Positions 25,324-38,825 of a DNA stretch of 64,000 bases are shown here, in pieces (within the stretch, counting starts at the first letter, position 1; every line of letters begins with the position of its first letter). A model generated the notes under the pieces. The model did no database searches. It was not told where the DNA came from and was given only the letters and a program-made list of their open reading frames with translations. The stretch comes from Felis catus (lineage: Eukaryota): NCBI RefSeq assembly GCF_018350175.1, contig NC_058368.1, forward strand, positions 112,346,001 through 112,410,000, written 5' to 3'. A program made the translations under genes and the position numbers.

Positions 25324-27324
25324 GTTGTTGTTCCTGAGACTAGGTAATCTTAATAGACCTATCTTCAAGTTTGCTGATTCTTTCTTCTCCCTCCAGGTGT
25401 TGAGCCTCTCAAGAGATTTTTTTTTTAATTTCAGTTATTGTGTTTTCCAGCTGTAGAATGCATTTTATATATGCATACATTTTATATACGTATATAAAAT
25501 TTCTGTCACTTTATTGAAATTCTCTGGTGAAACATTGTTTTCATACTTTCCTTCAGTTCTTTATAAATGATTTCTTTTAGTTCTTTGAACATATTTAAAG
25601 TACTGACTTATAATCTTTGTCTAGCCTGTGCAGCATCTGCTTTTCCTAATGACAACATCTATTGGCTGCTCTCTGTGCTGAGTCCTCATATAAAATTGTG
25701 TGGCTTTTTCTGATTGTCAGAGCCTTGACCCCCATGGGAAGTGCTTGTACCTGTATAAAATGTAAATGTCCTCTCTCTTTATTTGTACTGTGTGCTAAGG
25801 ACAAAGGATCAAAAGTGAGGAGGTTACTCCTTACAACTCATCAAACTTACACTTTCTGCCTTCACAGCTTACAGCCACTAATATTTTACCTGAGGTTGCT
25901 CTCAAGAGCTCTTGTGAACTGATTGACTCTCCATCTCTGGCAAACCTTATAGCTAAAAGACATAAAATAAAACAAGACCACTCTAGCCTGCAAGATTTAA
26001 ATTATACATGAATTTTTCCCAATAAAAATTTTCTTTATCTCATTGGGCACAAGTATATAACCAACAAAGACTCTATACCTGCTCTTCATTTAAACCCACT
26101 TTTTTCGCAAATGAGAGACTCTTGGTTTTAAAATCCTGCCTAAAGATTTTGTCTCACCACTGACCATTTGATTATAAGATTCTAGAATGTACTAAGCCCC
26201 AGTCAATAGACAACCCTCACTCTATCAAATACTTCCAGACCCACAGTGGGCATATTTCCTCACCCAGTTTCACCATCTGCTAGTACTTTGACCAACAGAG
26301 AGCAAACAGCCCAGGGCCACCTAGGGAAACGCAGACTTAGATTACCTCAAACCATGGTAAACAGATGTAATGGGCCCACTGAGCTTTGAACCCTCAAATT
26401 GCACCACACACAGACATGGTCAGAGCACTGCCAGAGGTTACAACACACACATTCTTGGCACCATTGTTCTGATTGACTCAGAACAGCTGAACTTCTTAAA
26501 CTGAATGATAAATTCATTACAGCAATGGAAGAAATGATGCTCTTCTCTTCAGGGATTAAAATGTCTCTCTAGCTACTGATACCTCCTGAAAAAGAAACTG
26601 ACTTCGAAAGTTACAGTGCTACTTCACTGTTCCACAATTCAAGCCTGCCCACATTTGGTGGGCAGTGTGTGTGCAAGGTGCTGGGTGCAGCACTGTGAGA
26701 ATGGAAGAGGAGTCGGGAGGCAAATAAGCCAGGAAAGCCTGAGAACTTGGGAGGGGTCAACCCTGGACATGAGAATGAGGATGACAATGGGTCAGAATGT
26801 ACAACACAGGCAAAGGGAGTGTTGATTGTCCTGTAGCTGCCTGAGCCCATGAAGGATTCCAGAGCGCCTTATAAATCAAGCCCAATCCTACTGTTTGCTT
26901 GTTTCCAGGAGTAAAGATGGGATTTTTGGATTTCATTTGACTCTAGGGAGATCTGGAACTGCTCCAGGAAGATTTGCGTTGGATGCTATGAAAGAGGATA
27001 AGGAAGTAATTGTTGGATATGTAAATACATTTGTGCAAGGGTGAGGTACATTTGTGTTTCTGTCTTCAAAGTTTACTTTTAAAGTGTTTTATGAGAAGTG
27101 ATATCAGAGATATAAAACAATTTTTTTGTGGTTGCTAAATAGAAACCATCAGGAAAAGAAATGTAGTTGGACCTGTTGGACATCAAAGATAGAGATTGTG
27201 ACATTCAGAGTTCATCACCCTACCTAAACTGAACCTGATCCAGACAGCAAGGTAAACAGAAGTTTTCAGGGACAATAGAATAGTTCTAGGATGGAAGGAT
27301 CTTTTGTAATTCTAAATTCAGATG

Positions 27325-27752
27325 TTTTTGACCCTTGAGCAATAGGGATTTCAACTCTGTGGGTCTACTTATATGCAGATGGGGGGGGGGGTTGTCAATA
27401 CAATACAATACAATACAATACTGTAAATGTATTTTCTCTTCTTTGACTTTCTTAATAACATTTTCTTTAGCTTACTTTATTAAAGAATACAACATATATA
27501 GAAGATACAAAACATGTCTGTTGCAGTTAGTTGACTGTTTTATTTTGATAAACAGGCTTCTGATCAAACAGTCTATTCATAATTAAGTTTTTGGGGAGTC
27601 AAAAATTATACATGACTGCTCATACATGATAAACAGGCTTCTGATCAAACAGTCTATTCATAATTAAGTTTGGGGGGAGTCAAAAATTATACATGTATGC
27701 TCAGGAGCATACATCAGTGCTCCTAACCCCTATGTGGTTCCAGGGTCAACTC
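27325..27752. mobile_element. Tigger2-family MITE (Tigger2a/MER28-like)
   Basis: Degenerate TIRs ttgacccttgagcaa ... tggttccagggtcaact and typical internal sequence. Confidence 0.75.
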
Positions 27753-27807
27753 TAATTTTATTTCTACTGGAGATGTTTTCTTTCTGTGGTTAACAAAAGA
27801 ATATCCA

Positions 27808-27849
27808 TTTGTATTAATCAAGGTTCTTCCCAGAAACAGAACCAGTAGG

Positions 27850-27893
<44 letters not shown>

Positions 27894-28375
27894 TTGCATG
27901 TATGTGCATCCAAAATAGCCCTATTATTTTTATATTTATGTTATATACTTATGTATATAGTCCATGTATACCAAAATAACCCTCTATAGACTACATACTA
28001 GAGAGAGAAAAAAAACGTGAGGGAAGAGTTATTTTAAGAAATTGGCTCCTGTAATCGTAGAGGCTGGCAAGTCCAAAGTCTACAGGGCAAACAGTCAGGA
28101 TGAAGACCCAGGGAAGAGTTAATGTTGGAGCTTGGATTCCAAAGGCAGTCTGGAGGCAGAATTCCGTCTTCCTTGTAGGCACCTCCATCTTTTTTTCTTT
28201 TAAGACTTCAGCTGGTTGAATGAGGCTCACACACATTGTAGAGAGTAATGTGCTTTACTGAAAGTCTACTGATTTAAATGTTAATCCAAAAACTACCTTC
28301 ATAGAGATATTTAAACTGGTGTTGGCCAAATATCTGGGTACCATGGCCTAGCCAAGTTAATCCATAAAATTAACG
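27808..28375. mobile_element. MLT2-like ERVL solo LTR containing (GT)n at 27852-27884
   Basis: tgtattaatcaaggttct...gaaacagaaccagtagg start; gaggctggcaagtccaaa core; ggcctagccaagttaatccataaaattaac end. Confidence 0.7.
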
Positions 28376-30241
28376 AGCGTAGCACCTTTGCTTCGGAAAT
28401 AAGAATTTAACTATGTGCTTTGACTTCAAGAGTTGAACTAGAACAGAGGCAAAACTTGACATGCTGTGGGGACCTGCAGCTGTGGGAGCCTTCACAGGAC
28501 TTCAGGAAATTTCATTATGTTGGTTTAATTTATGGAAGCTTTATGTACCTAATTACATTGTCACTGAAAACTTTCCTTATGGTCTGTCCAATTTAAAACT
28601 TTTGATGAGCAGTTAGAGGAGAAATAAGACATAATGAAAATGATTGAGTCAGGGAAACGTCCCTAATTCCCACGTTTCATTAGCATGTTTTGCATTTTGT
28701 GAGCACTCTGCACTTCTCTTTGTATTTTACCAGTGCCAAACCGTACAGAAACAGAAGGGCGGCCTGGGAAGAGCAGAGAGTGGGTGGTGTGCTAGAGCAA
28801 ACGGAGAATCCCACAAGGGAGCAGGCATTCAGGTTAGCCTGAGGCCCCACATTTTCGATAGCAAATAGCACAGGCTGTTCCAACTCATCATGTAAGAGCA
28901 ATGTCAGTTGGAAGAGGGATTTCTGGCCATGGGTTTTGAAACAGAAATCACCTAGTCAGTGACTTAGTGCATTTGTTGATCATTATCAAATATTTTGAAA
29001 CATCTTTTCATTATCAGAAGTTACAGTTTGTCCCTTTCTTTCCTAAATCTTGGTGTAAAAAAAAAAAGGGCGGGGGAATGTTATGCAAAAATCCTCTATT
29101 TAACAATTCAGAGGACTTCATTTCTTGGTGTGTTTCTTTTAAAAGAACAAAGCGCTTTTTTGTGTGTTTTCCTTTACTGACTCATTCGTTTGTGGTCCTG
29201 GTTTATGCCAGAACTGCAGCTCAGATGAGTTAAGTGATGACTGTCTGGCCTTGATTCCTGGGAAGCTCTCTTCTGCACCCATTGCCCTCTGAGGATGGTC
29301 TCTCTGGGATGACTCTTCATTCCTGGTCTCTTGGAACGATGGGGGCTCCGGGTGTGAATAAGTCGGAAAGAGATTTTCCCTTTTATATCTCACATTCACC
29401 TAAGGCACAGAATACCCGAAGGTAATAATGGTGCTCTTTTCTGTGGGAGACTGAAAATTAAGAGTCAGGGAACCTGATTATATCATGTTACCTAAGGCAG
29501 TGCTGTAGGAAGATGAAGCGTGGTCTGAAGGATGGATGGAGAGTAAATGACCACAAAGAAACATTTTAAAGTGGTGACAGGGTATGTTGGGAAGTCATGT
29601 AGAATGGCTTCACGATCTTCTAAGATTGGGTAACTAAACAAGATGAAGGTGGTGAACAAACAACCATGAGCTTGAGATGAAGTATGGTTGGAACTGCAGC
29701 TGAGAAATGAGAAATGAAGAAAAGGTTTGCGAAGCAGCTGGGGCCCAGGAAGCCAGGCATCGAGTCTCCCAGCAGTGTCTGACTGCCCAGGAGTGGGAAC
29801 AGAGGATGTGATGAGCAGAGGGAGGTTGAAAGGTATCTAAAGCCCAGGACTGACACGCTTGAGGGAAAGTGCTGACCATGAGTTCTAGGCTAGACAGAGA
29901 AGAAAGAGGCCAGATGGGAACTTGGAAGAAGTTTGAGAAGCTAAAGTCATGAGATGAGTGATGGCAGGATTAGTCTGAATACTCTCTTTCTATCCACGGA
30001 GCTCATTCCTGCTTCAGCCACCACCATTAATCCTTGTGAATTTGCTTCCCTGAACACTTTTTCTTTCTTCCATTCTACTCGAATGCCCTTCTTGTCCTTA
30101 AAGTTCGGTCAACCAGCTCCTACCAGCTCCACGAAGTTCTCCTAGCTATTTCTAGATTTGTCTGCACCTTTTCTCAAAACTCCCTCAGAACTTCTTTTCT
30201 GAGCCACTTAAATTACCTCAAAATTATAGTCCTATATTGTA

Positions 30242-30247
<6 letters not shown>

Positions 30248-30301
<54 letters not shown>
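30248..30301. repeat. (AT)n microsatellite, ~27 units
   Basis: Direct reading. Confidence 0.97.
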
Positions 30302-30303
<2 letters not shown>

Positions 30304-30429
30304 TATTTCCTTGTGAAGATTTGCAACCTGTCCTGATGTAGGAACGGAGTCATATGCTACTTTTCTTTCTCTAACATGGTTAAATGCTATTTGAACACAA
30401 CTATGCTTAATTTATAATGTATTTGTTGA

Positions 30430-30640
30430 GGGGCACTCTTGGTGGCTCTGTTGGTTAAGGTTTAACTTCAGCTCACATGATGATCTTGTGGATCATGGGG
30501 TCCAGTTCAGAGCCTGGACCCTGCTTCACATTCCGTGTCTCCGTCTCTCTGTCGCTCTGTGCCCCTCCCCAACTCGTGCTCTGTCTCTCTCTCAAAAAAT
30601 AACTAAACATTAAAAATAAAACAAAATAAAATAAAAGTAA
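30430..30640 (+). mobile_element. Diverged Can-SINE
   Basis: ggggcactcttggtggctctgttggttaag head, (CT)n tract and A-rich tail. Confidence 0.8.
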
Positions 30641-32566
30641 AAAGTGTTGGTTGATTATCCAGTAAATGGCATTACTACCACATACTTATTTTGAGACTGG
30701 TGGGTTTTGTCAGATTTTTTATATTTGAGTATTTGCAATATGTTGACCTGGTCACTCATGAGGAATTCAGAATATGTGTCAAATAAGTCTTAATTCCAAT
30801 ATTATTTATCTCTATGAACCATTTGATTCCAATAAAATGTTCATGGGAGAGGGGTTCCCAAGCATTTATTTTCACATTTATTAAATTATGATAGAATCAA
30901 AAGAACTAAGACTCTTCCAGATATTTTATATTTCCTTGGATTAAGCGTAGAGCAACTTTGCACTCTATTGTAACATGGTGACTAGTACCTAGCAACAAAT
31001 ACATATTAAATGAATGATGAAGGATTAGTGTATTGTACAGAAGGTGACTTTTCGGCATGGACCAAAATGACTGCCAACAGGCCAACTCTACCTCTAATTA
31101 GCTGATGACCTTGGACAAGGTGTTCCCTCTTTCTCCTTCAGTTCCTTGCCCGCCCCCCCCCCCTCCACCCCCATGAGATGCACGAGTGGACTTTTGGCCT
31201 AAGCAGTATTCAGAGCTGTTGGAACCCCTGCCACCAGCTAGTCTTCATGGTCACATCATGGCTTTCCACTAGTGGGTGCCATTGAGCAGACTTCAGAGAC
31301 TGCCTCTGCCTCTGCTCTCTGGAGTAGCCTGCAGCATTTCCCATCCTGACTGACGCATTTGGGTCTGAAATGGCATAGGATTAGGAAAGTCATTGGGCAT
31401 AATTCGACGCCATCAGCTATTCTGAAGGTCTTCCTTGGTCTCTGGTTTTGAGTCATGCCCACACTGGAAGCTTGCAGTTTTGCCACCACAGCCTGTTGCC
31501 ATCAAAACAGTTCATCCTTTGTGGAAAATGCTGACCCTTCTGTTGCTCTGCTCTCTTAATAGGCAATTAATCTCTTCCTACATATTCAAGGCAGGCTTCA
31601 TCCTCCCTGGGCTCCTGGACTAATTTTCACAGGCAAAATCTTAGAGATGACTTAAGTTGTATAAGTTCCGAGCAGAGTGAAAGCTGAGGAGTCATTCTAG
31701 TCAAATCCTCTTGTTTTACAGAAGAAAGATCCAGAGAGGATTAAGTGATTGGAAGCCACCCAGCCCCTCAGAGAGGCAGGGCTGGAACCCAGGGATACTT
31801 GTGACCTCAAAGTGACTTGTGACCTCAAAGGGACCAAAAAGTGACCCTCAACTCAAGGTTCCTCGTAGCTTTCATTACCTTAACTGCCCTCTCTGGCATT
31901 TTCAGTGATGTGGAAGGTATGTGAGTTGCAGCTTGTATTGGTCTGTTTTTGAATAAATGTCCTTCACTTTGCCCTTATTGGCCGGTCATTGTATGCCAAG
32001 TGCTAGGCTAAGGTCCCCAAATGCATTATGTCTCATTTAATCCCAGGCCGTGCAGTCCAGCCTCATAAGGACAGTCTCTGGAGCCAGCAACCTGTGCTCA
32101 AGTACCAGCTCTACTTCTCAAGAGACTTGTGGGCTGGGGCAAGTGATATACCCTCCCCGTGCCTCATTTTCCTCTGTTGAATCTGGGGATGATACTAGAA
32201 CCTCCTTCTATTCAGTGAAATAAAGCGTACAAGCCATTTAGCAGATAACCTGGCCCATGGGAAGCACCCCAAAAATGTTAGCTATTGTTTCTGTCATTCT
32301 AAGGCATTAGTTTCCTTCATATTGATATACAACACAAGAACTATCTATGTTCCCATTTATACTGTAAGCAAAATATTAAAAGTATATTTAGCTATCAATA
32401 TGTTAATAACTCTATCATTTGTCCTTCATATAAATAATGTTATTGTGAAATGAATAAAACCAAAGTGATATAATTCTGCTTAAAAAATTCTATGCTAGTC
32501 TTCAAAAACAGTTTGTTTTCTCCTGATGCATCTCTTCACCCTCACATTTAAAAAGGTCGAAACATG

Positions 32567-32883
32567 GGGCATCTGGGTGGCTCAGTCAGTTAAGCATCTG
32601 ACTTCAGCTCAGGTCATGATTGCATGGTTCGTGGGTTCGAGCCCCGCGCCAGCCTCTGTGCTGACAGCTTGGAGCCTGGATCCTGCTTCTGTTTCTGTCT
32701 CTCTCTGCCCCTCCCCCATTCATGCTCTGTCTCTCTCTGCCTTCCAAAAATGAATAAATGTTTAAAAAAAAGTATATAAAAAGATGAAAACAAAAATAAG
32801 AAAACACTCCAGATCAAAGGCATCACCGCATTTCTTCCTGATAGTCTGTTTTCTTCTTTTTTCTTTTTAAGTTTATTTATTTT

Positions 32884-32922
<39 letters not shown>

Positions 32923-33090
32923 CACAAGCAAGGGAGAGGCAGAGAGAGAGGAAGGGAGAGGATTCCAAGCAGGCTCCATGCTGTTGGCATGGAGCACAAC
33001 ACAAGGCTCAATCCCACAAGCTGCAAGATCATGACCTGAGTCAAAATCAAGAGTTGGACACTTAAATGACTGAGCCACCCAGGCACCCCT
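32567..33090. mobile_element. Tail-to-tail pair of Can-SINEs (+ ~32567-32800; - ~32850-33090)
   Basis: Two SINE bodies in opposite orientation with a short spacer. Confidence 0.9.
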
Positions 33091-34036
33091 CGCTTTGTTT
33101 TGTTTTTTCTTTTTTTCTTTTCTGTTGTGTTTTTTTTTTTTTTTCTTTTAAGGATTGGCACTGTGTTTATGGCTCTGACCCAAAGTCCTTTTCCACATAC
33201 ACTTTGTAATGTGTAGGTGATAATTGTGGTTAACTTGTTTCTTCACAGAAGAGGACAGTGAAGGACAGTGGAGACTTTGATTCCCCACATGGGTCAATGT
33301 GGTAGCATTGTCTGAGCCGTGCGTCAGATCCCCATGACAATAACCCCCACGTGTTTACAAGTTACATAAGTTCTTGCCTTCTGGACAGCCATCAGAGTTA
33401 ATACACCACAGTCCGAGGATTCTGCTTGAATTCCCTTGACAGGCTCAATATTCAAAGCAATAGCTGTTTTCAGTTTGTTGCATTATAAACCTGAAAGCTG
33501 GGGTTCTAGATATAAATAGTATGCACAGTTGGACAACAGCATTGCCATCACGGTGAGATCACTTCCAGGAAAACACTGAAATGTAGCAATGGGAATAACA
33601 TCTGGCCTTTCAACAGTTGCATTTGATTTAGCCTTGGACATCCCACATGAAATAGAGGCTGTATTTATTAATGACTTCAGTTTCCATGCAGTTCACTCAT
33701 TTTAACTTGGAACTCACAACTTCCATAGCTATTTGTTAAACCTACTATGTTTAGGGTATGGATGCAAAACTCATTTGACCTAGTAACTGCTTGCTCACGC
33801 ATTCCTCTTTGATGCATCCATTCCCACCTTATACCATCCCAAAAGAATACAGCCAAAGAGGACCCTAGGGAGCTACGTTTGTCTTTTTCTGATGGTGGTG
33901 GTGGTGATAGGCTGGGGCTGGAAAAAAATTGTTCATTTAATAAGATAAGATCAAAATGGGAATCCTTTGTTTCTCTCTTTCCATTTCAGTGTCTGGATAT
34001 CATTTTAGTTTTCCCTGTATAGCAATGAAACCCTCT

Positions 34037-34045
34037 TTTTCTTTT

Positions 34046-34101
<56 letters not shown>

Positions 34102-34164
34102 TTTCTTTCTTCCTTCCTTCCTTCCTTCCTTCCTTCCTTCCTTCCTTCCTTCCTTCCTTCCTTC

Positions 34165-34220
<56 letters not shown>

Positions 34221-34240
34221 TTTCTTTCTTCTTTCTTTTT
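34037..34240. repeat. Compound (TTTC)n(TTCC)n(TTTC)n microsatellite
   Basis: Direct reading. Confidence 0.97.
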
Positions 34241-34424
34241 TGCTGGCTACTTGGCCAACCAAAATAAAAGTTCCCTTGCCAGCCTTCTGTGAAGCTAAAT
34301 GTGAAAGTAACAAGTGTTGGCCAAAGAGATACAAGCAGAAATAGGACTTGCAAATTCTTGAAAAAAAATTTTTAAATGAGCTTGTAAAAAAAATGTTTTG
34401 TTTTGTTTTGTTTTGTTTTTTTAA

Positions 34425-34625
34425 ATGGGTGGCACAGTCAGTTAAGCATCCAGCTCTTGATTTTGGCTCAGGTCATGATCTCACGGTCATGAGATTGAGC
34501 CCCACATGAGGCTCCGTGCTGAGCATGGAGCCTGTTTAAGATTGTCTCTCCCTCTCCCTCTGCCCCTCTCCCCGCCTGCACATTCTAAATAAATACATTA
34601 ATTAATTAATTAATTAATTAATTAA
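34425..34625 (+). mobile_element. Can-SINE with (ATTA)n tail
   Basis: gggtggcacagtcagttaagcatcc head. Confidence 0.85.
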
Positions 34626-35224
34626 ATGAGCTGTGAAATCCCTTTTCTTATCTTGTTCTTCCCGTATTTGGAAAGTGGTTCCAACAGGTGGAGTTTCAGC
34701 AGTCATTTTGGACCAGGGGTGGCCTTGAAAATGGAAGATACGTATGTGTTGTGAAAACAGGAAATAGAAAGAGCCTCAGTCTCTGACACAGTGGAGGGTC
34801 TTAATAATCCTAGGCAGAGAATTTCCAGATTAATGTGGAGAAATAGTATAAAAACAGTAATGTAAATAAAATACAAATATACAGCACAATGATTTATCAA
34901 AAAAGAAAGCCCTGTGCAACTACCACTTGGTCCATTTTTGTAAATATTCCATGTAGGCTTGAGAACAAAAATGTATCTTTTGTGTTGGGGATTGTAGAAG
35001 ATGTGTCCATTGTGTTAGTTTGCTAATCATGTTGTCTACATTTACTATATTTCAGTTGGCTGGCTGCTTGCTCTTTTGGTTATTGAAATAGGTGCACAAC
35101 AATCTCCTGCCTGTATCCTCTCTGATACTTTATTCACACACTTATATTTTGAGGCGATTTTATTGGATGCATACAGTGTTAGAATAATTGCATTATCCTC
35201 TGAATTGAACTATTCAAAAACATT

Positions 35225-35645
35225 TTTTAAATTTGTTTAAATTCAAGTTAGTTAACCTACAGTGGAGCTTTGGCTTCAGGAGTAGAACCCAGTGGTTCCT
35301 CACTTACATGTGATACCCAGTGCTCCTCCCAACAAGTGCCCTCCTTAATGCCCGTCACCTGTTTAGCCCATCCCCCCCCAACACCCCTCCAGCAGCCCTG
35401 TTTGTTCTCTGTATTTAAGTCTCTCATGGTTTGCCTCCCTCTCTGTTTTTATCTTATTTTTCCTCCCCTTCCCCTATGTTAATCTGTTGAGTTTCTTAAA
35501 TTCCACATATGAACAAAATCATATGAGATTTGTGTTTCTCTGCCTGATGTACTTTACTTAGCATAATACACTCTAGTTCCATCCATCTTGTTGCAAACGG
35601 CAAGATCTCATTCTTTTTGATCGCTGAGTAGTATTCCATTGTATA
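35225..35645 (-). mobile_element. Carnivore L1 3' end fragment
   Basis: cccagtgctc...caagtgccctccttaatgccc 3' UTR signature and ORF2 end. Confidence 0.8.
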
Positions 35646-35924
35646 GTAGTGCGTTGAACTACTTATTTTTAAAAAAGTGCTTATCTCTGGTAATACACTT
35701 TACCTTAAAGTCTCCTTTATCTTTAAATGTTCATCTAACAAAGTCAAATATATTTAGAGGTTTTCGTGTTAATCTTTTTTCATTCCTTCACTTTCAACCT
35801 TTCTGGATCCCTATGTTTTAGGTACATCTCTTATAAATGGTATATAGTTGGGGTTTGTATTGTTAAATCAGGTGTCATAATTTTTTTTTGTTTTAATTAG
35901 AATACATAAACTGCCTTAGGCACA

Positions 35925-36277
35925 GTGAAGAAGCATGATAGGTCCCTACGCAAGATGTGCTGGACGTTGAGGCTGATGGCACCACACATACATGCCAGAG
36001 GATATGAAAAGGTTTGTCACTTACATAAGTGAAGCTGTCTGGGAGAACACATCAGGCTCCCAGAGGAGGTCTGAAATGGCTTGAGACAGCAAGGAAGGGA
36101 GACTGTGGTTAGAGTATTGGGTCCGGGGCTTACGTGGTTTGCATCTCCTACTGGTGCCAAAGGAGAGAGCACCAGCTTATCAGTTTTCCTGGATGTGGGG
36201 GAGGGTGAGGGAAGGGTGAGACTTAAGACCTGTCGGCACTGAAATTTCCAAAAATGGAGGCAGACTCTCTTTGTAAC
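35925..36277. mobile_element. Probable ERV solo LTR remnant
   Basis: LTR-like composition ending aaaatggaggcagactctctttgtaac, interrupting an old L1; family not identified. Confidence 0.45.
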
Positions 36278-36467
36278 GTAGACCCATTTGTTTAACGTAA
36301 AAACTGATACTTTCGTTTAAATCCATCATCGAAGTCCCTTTCCATTTTTCTTGCCTATTCTATATTAGCTTTTCTCCCCACTCTTTCCTTTCTTTTGACT
36401 AAGGATTTTTATATTGGCATTAGTCCCTCTGTTAACAGAAGCATTTTGTATGTTTAGTCATTCTTTT

Positions 36468-38411
36468 TTCCTCTTTTTTATTGAAGTATAGTGGACATCC
36501 AACGCTTTATTCATTTCAGGTGTACAACATAGTGATTTGACAGTTCTTTCCATTATGCAGGACTTACCATAACAAATGTGGTCACCATCTGCCCCCATAC
36601 AGTGTTGTTATAATATTGTTGACTGTATTCCCTATGCTATACTTTTCATCTCTGTGGCTTATTTGTTTTATAACTGGACGTTTGTACCTCTTAATCCCCT
36701 TCCCATATTTTGCTCTTTCCCCCACCCCTGTCCCCTCTGGCAACCACCATTTTGTTCTCTGTATTCATGAGTCTCCTTCTGTTGGTTCATTTGTTTTGCT
36801 TTTTAGATTCCATATATAAGTGAAATCATATGGTATTCTTCTTTGCCTGAGTTATTTCACATAGTATGATACCTCTAGATCCATTCTTGTCGTCACTCAT
36901 TGTGAGATTTCATCCTTTTTAAAAATGGCTGTGGGGCGCCTGGGTGGCTCAGTCGGTTAAGCGTACGACTTCAGCTCAGGTCACGATCTCGCGGTCTGCG
37001 AGTTCGAGCCCCACGTCGGGCTCTGGGCTGATGGCTCAGAGCCTGGAACCTGCTTCCGATTCTGTGTCTCCCTCTCTCTCTGCCCCTACCCTGTTCATGC
37101 TCTGTCTCTCTCTGTCTCAAAAATAAATAAATGTTAAAAAAAAAAATTAAAAAAAAATTCGTTAAAAATGGCTGAGTAGCATTCCATTGCACATGTACAC
37201 TACATCTTGTTTATTCATTCGTCCATTGATGGTCACTTAGGTTGCATCCATATCCTGCCTATTGTAAATAACACTGCAGTAAACATAGGGGTTCATGTAT
37301 CTTTTCAAATTGGTGTTGTTTTCTTTGGGTAGATACCCAGCAGTGAAATTACTGGACCACATGGTATTTCTATTTTTAATTTTTTTGAGGAATCTTTGTA
37401 CTGTTTTCCACAGTGGTTGTACCAATTTGTATTTCTACCCAACAGTGCACAAGGTCTCCTTTTTCTCCATGTCATCACGAATGCTTATTTCTTGTGCTTT
37501 TGATTTTAGCTATTTTGACAGGTGTGAGATGATATCTCATTGTGGTTTTGATTTGCATTTCCCTAATGGTTAGTGTTTTGAGCATCTTTTCATGTATCTG
37601 TTGGCCATCTCTATGTCTTCTTTGGAAAAATGTCTATTCAGATCCTCTGCACATTTTTAATTGGATTATTACAAGTTTTTTGCAGTTGAGTTGTATGAGT
37701 TCTTTGAATATTTCATATATTAACTCCTTATTGGATATATCATTTGCAAATATCTTCTCCCATTCAGTATGTTGACTTTTTATTTGGTTAATGGTTTCCT
37801 TAGCTGTGTAGAAGCTTTTTCTTTTGATGAGGTCCCAATAGTTTATTTTTGCTTTTGTTCCCCTTGCCTCAGGAGACACATCCAGAAAAATGTTCCTAAG
37901 GCCAATGTTCAAGGGATTATTGCCTGTGTTTTCTTTTAGGCGTTTTATGGTGTCATGTCTCACATTTAGGTCTTTATTCATTTTGAGGTTTTTTTTTTTT
38001 GTGTGTGTGCATGGTGTGAGAGAGTGGTCCAATTTCATTGTTTTGCATGTTACTGTCCAGTTTTCCTAACACCTTTTGTTGAAGAGACTGTCTTTTTGCC
38101 ACTGCATATTCTTGCCTCCTGTGTTGAAGATTAATTGACCATATAATTGTGGGTTTATTTCTGGACTCTCTATTCTGTTCTAACGATCTATGTGTCTATT
38201 TTGTGCCAGTATCATACTGTTTGGATTCCTACAAGTTGGTAGTATATCTTGAAACCTGGGATTGTGATACCTCCAGTTTTGTCTTCTTTCATAAGATCGC
38301 TTTGGCTAGTTGGGGTCTTTTATGGTTCCAGACATTTTAGGATCATTTCTTCTAGCTCTGTGAAGAATACTGTTGGTATTTTGATAGAGATTGCGTTGAA
38401 TCTGCAGATTA
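36468..38411 (-). mobile_element. 5'-truncated carnivore L1 with a nested young SINE (+, 36932-37161)
   Basis: Degenerate ORF2 C-terminus (ORF 37634..38038); L1 TSD ttagtcattctttt at 36454-36467 and 38412-38425; SINE TSD ttaaaaatggctg at 36919-36931 and 37162-37174. Confidence 0.9.
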
Positions 38412-38825
38412 TTAGTCATTCTTTTAATAATTATTTTAGAGATTTTAGCACATATTATGACTTTCCAAAATCCAGTGTGAATTGGTGTTTCTCTTTCTTT
38501 CTGGACAATGCTGTGATTTTATTTAATACTTTAACTCTCTGCTTTTGGTTGTATTTTCATTTTTATGACTTTTCAACACATAAGACATTATTATTTTACA
38601 CACTTGAATGACATTTAGATTTATCCACATATTGTTCATTTCTTCTTTGTCTCTTTCTGCATCTTCACATTTCTGTCTAGGATCATTTTCCTTCTACCCA
38701 AAAAATACTTTTTAGTATTTACTTCAGTACAAGCCTGCTGGAGAAAAAAATCTCTCATTTTTTCACTTGTCTGAATTTTTTCATGTCACCATCTCTGAAG
38801 AAATTTTTTGGTGGATATAGAATTC

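Larger units (their letters stand above)
15540..25640 (-). mobile_element. Ancient L1 (L1M-type) remnants hosting the young full-length L1 and four SINEs (~16185-16376, ~22975-23224, ~23555-23775, ~23920-24140)
   Basis: Degenerate L1 3' UTR/ORF2-like sequence at 15540-16700 resumes at 22684 after the TSD. Confidence 0.75.

Noticed and set aside
33956..34353. Lys/Glu/Arg-rich and Phe/Leu/Ser-rich ORFs (also 59586-59963 and 46011-46480)
   Set aside because: Translations of microsatellites or polypurine tracts.
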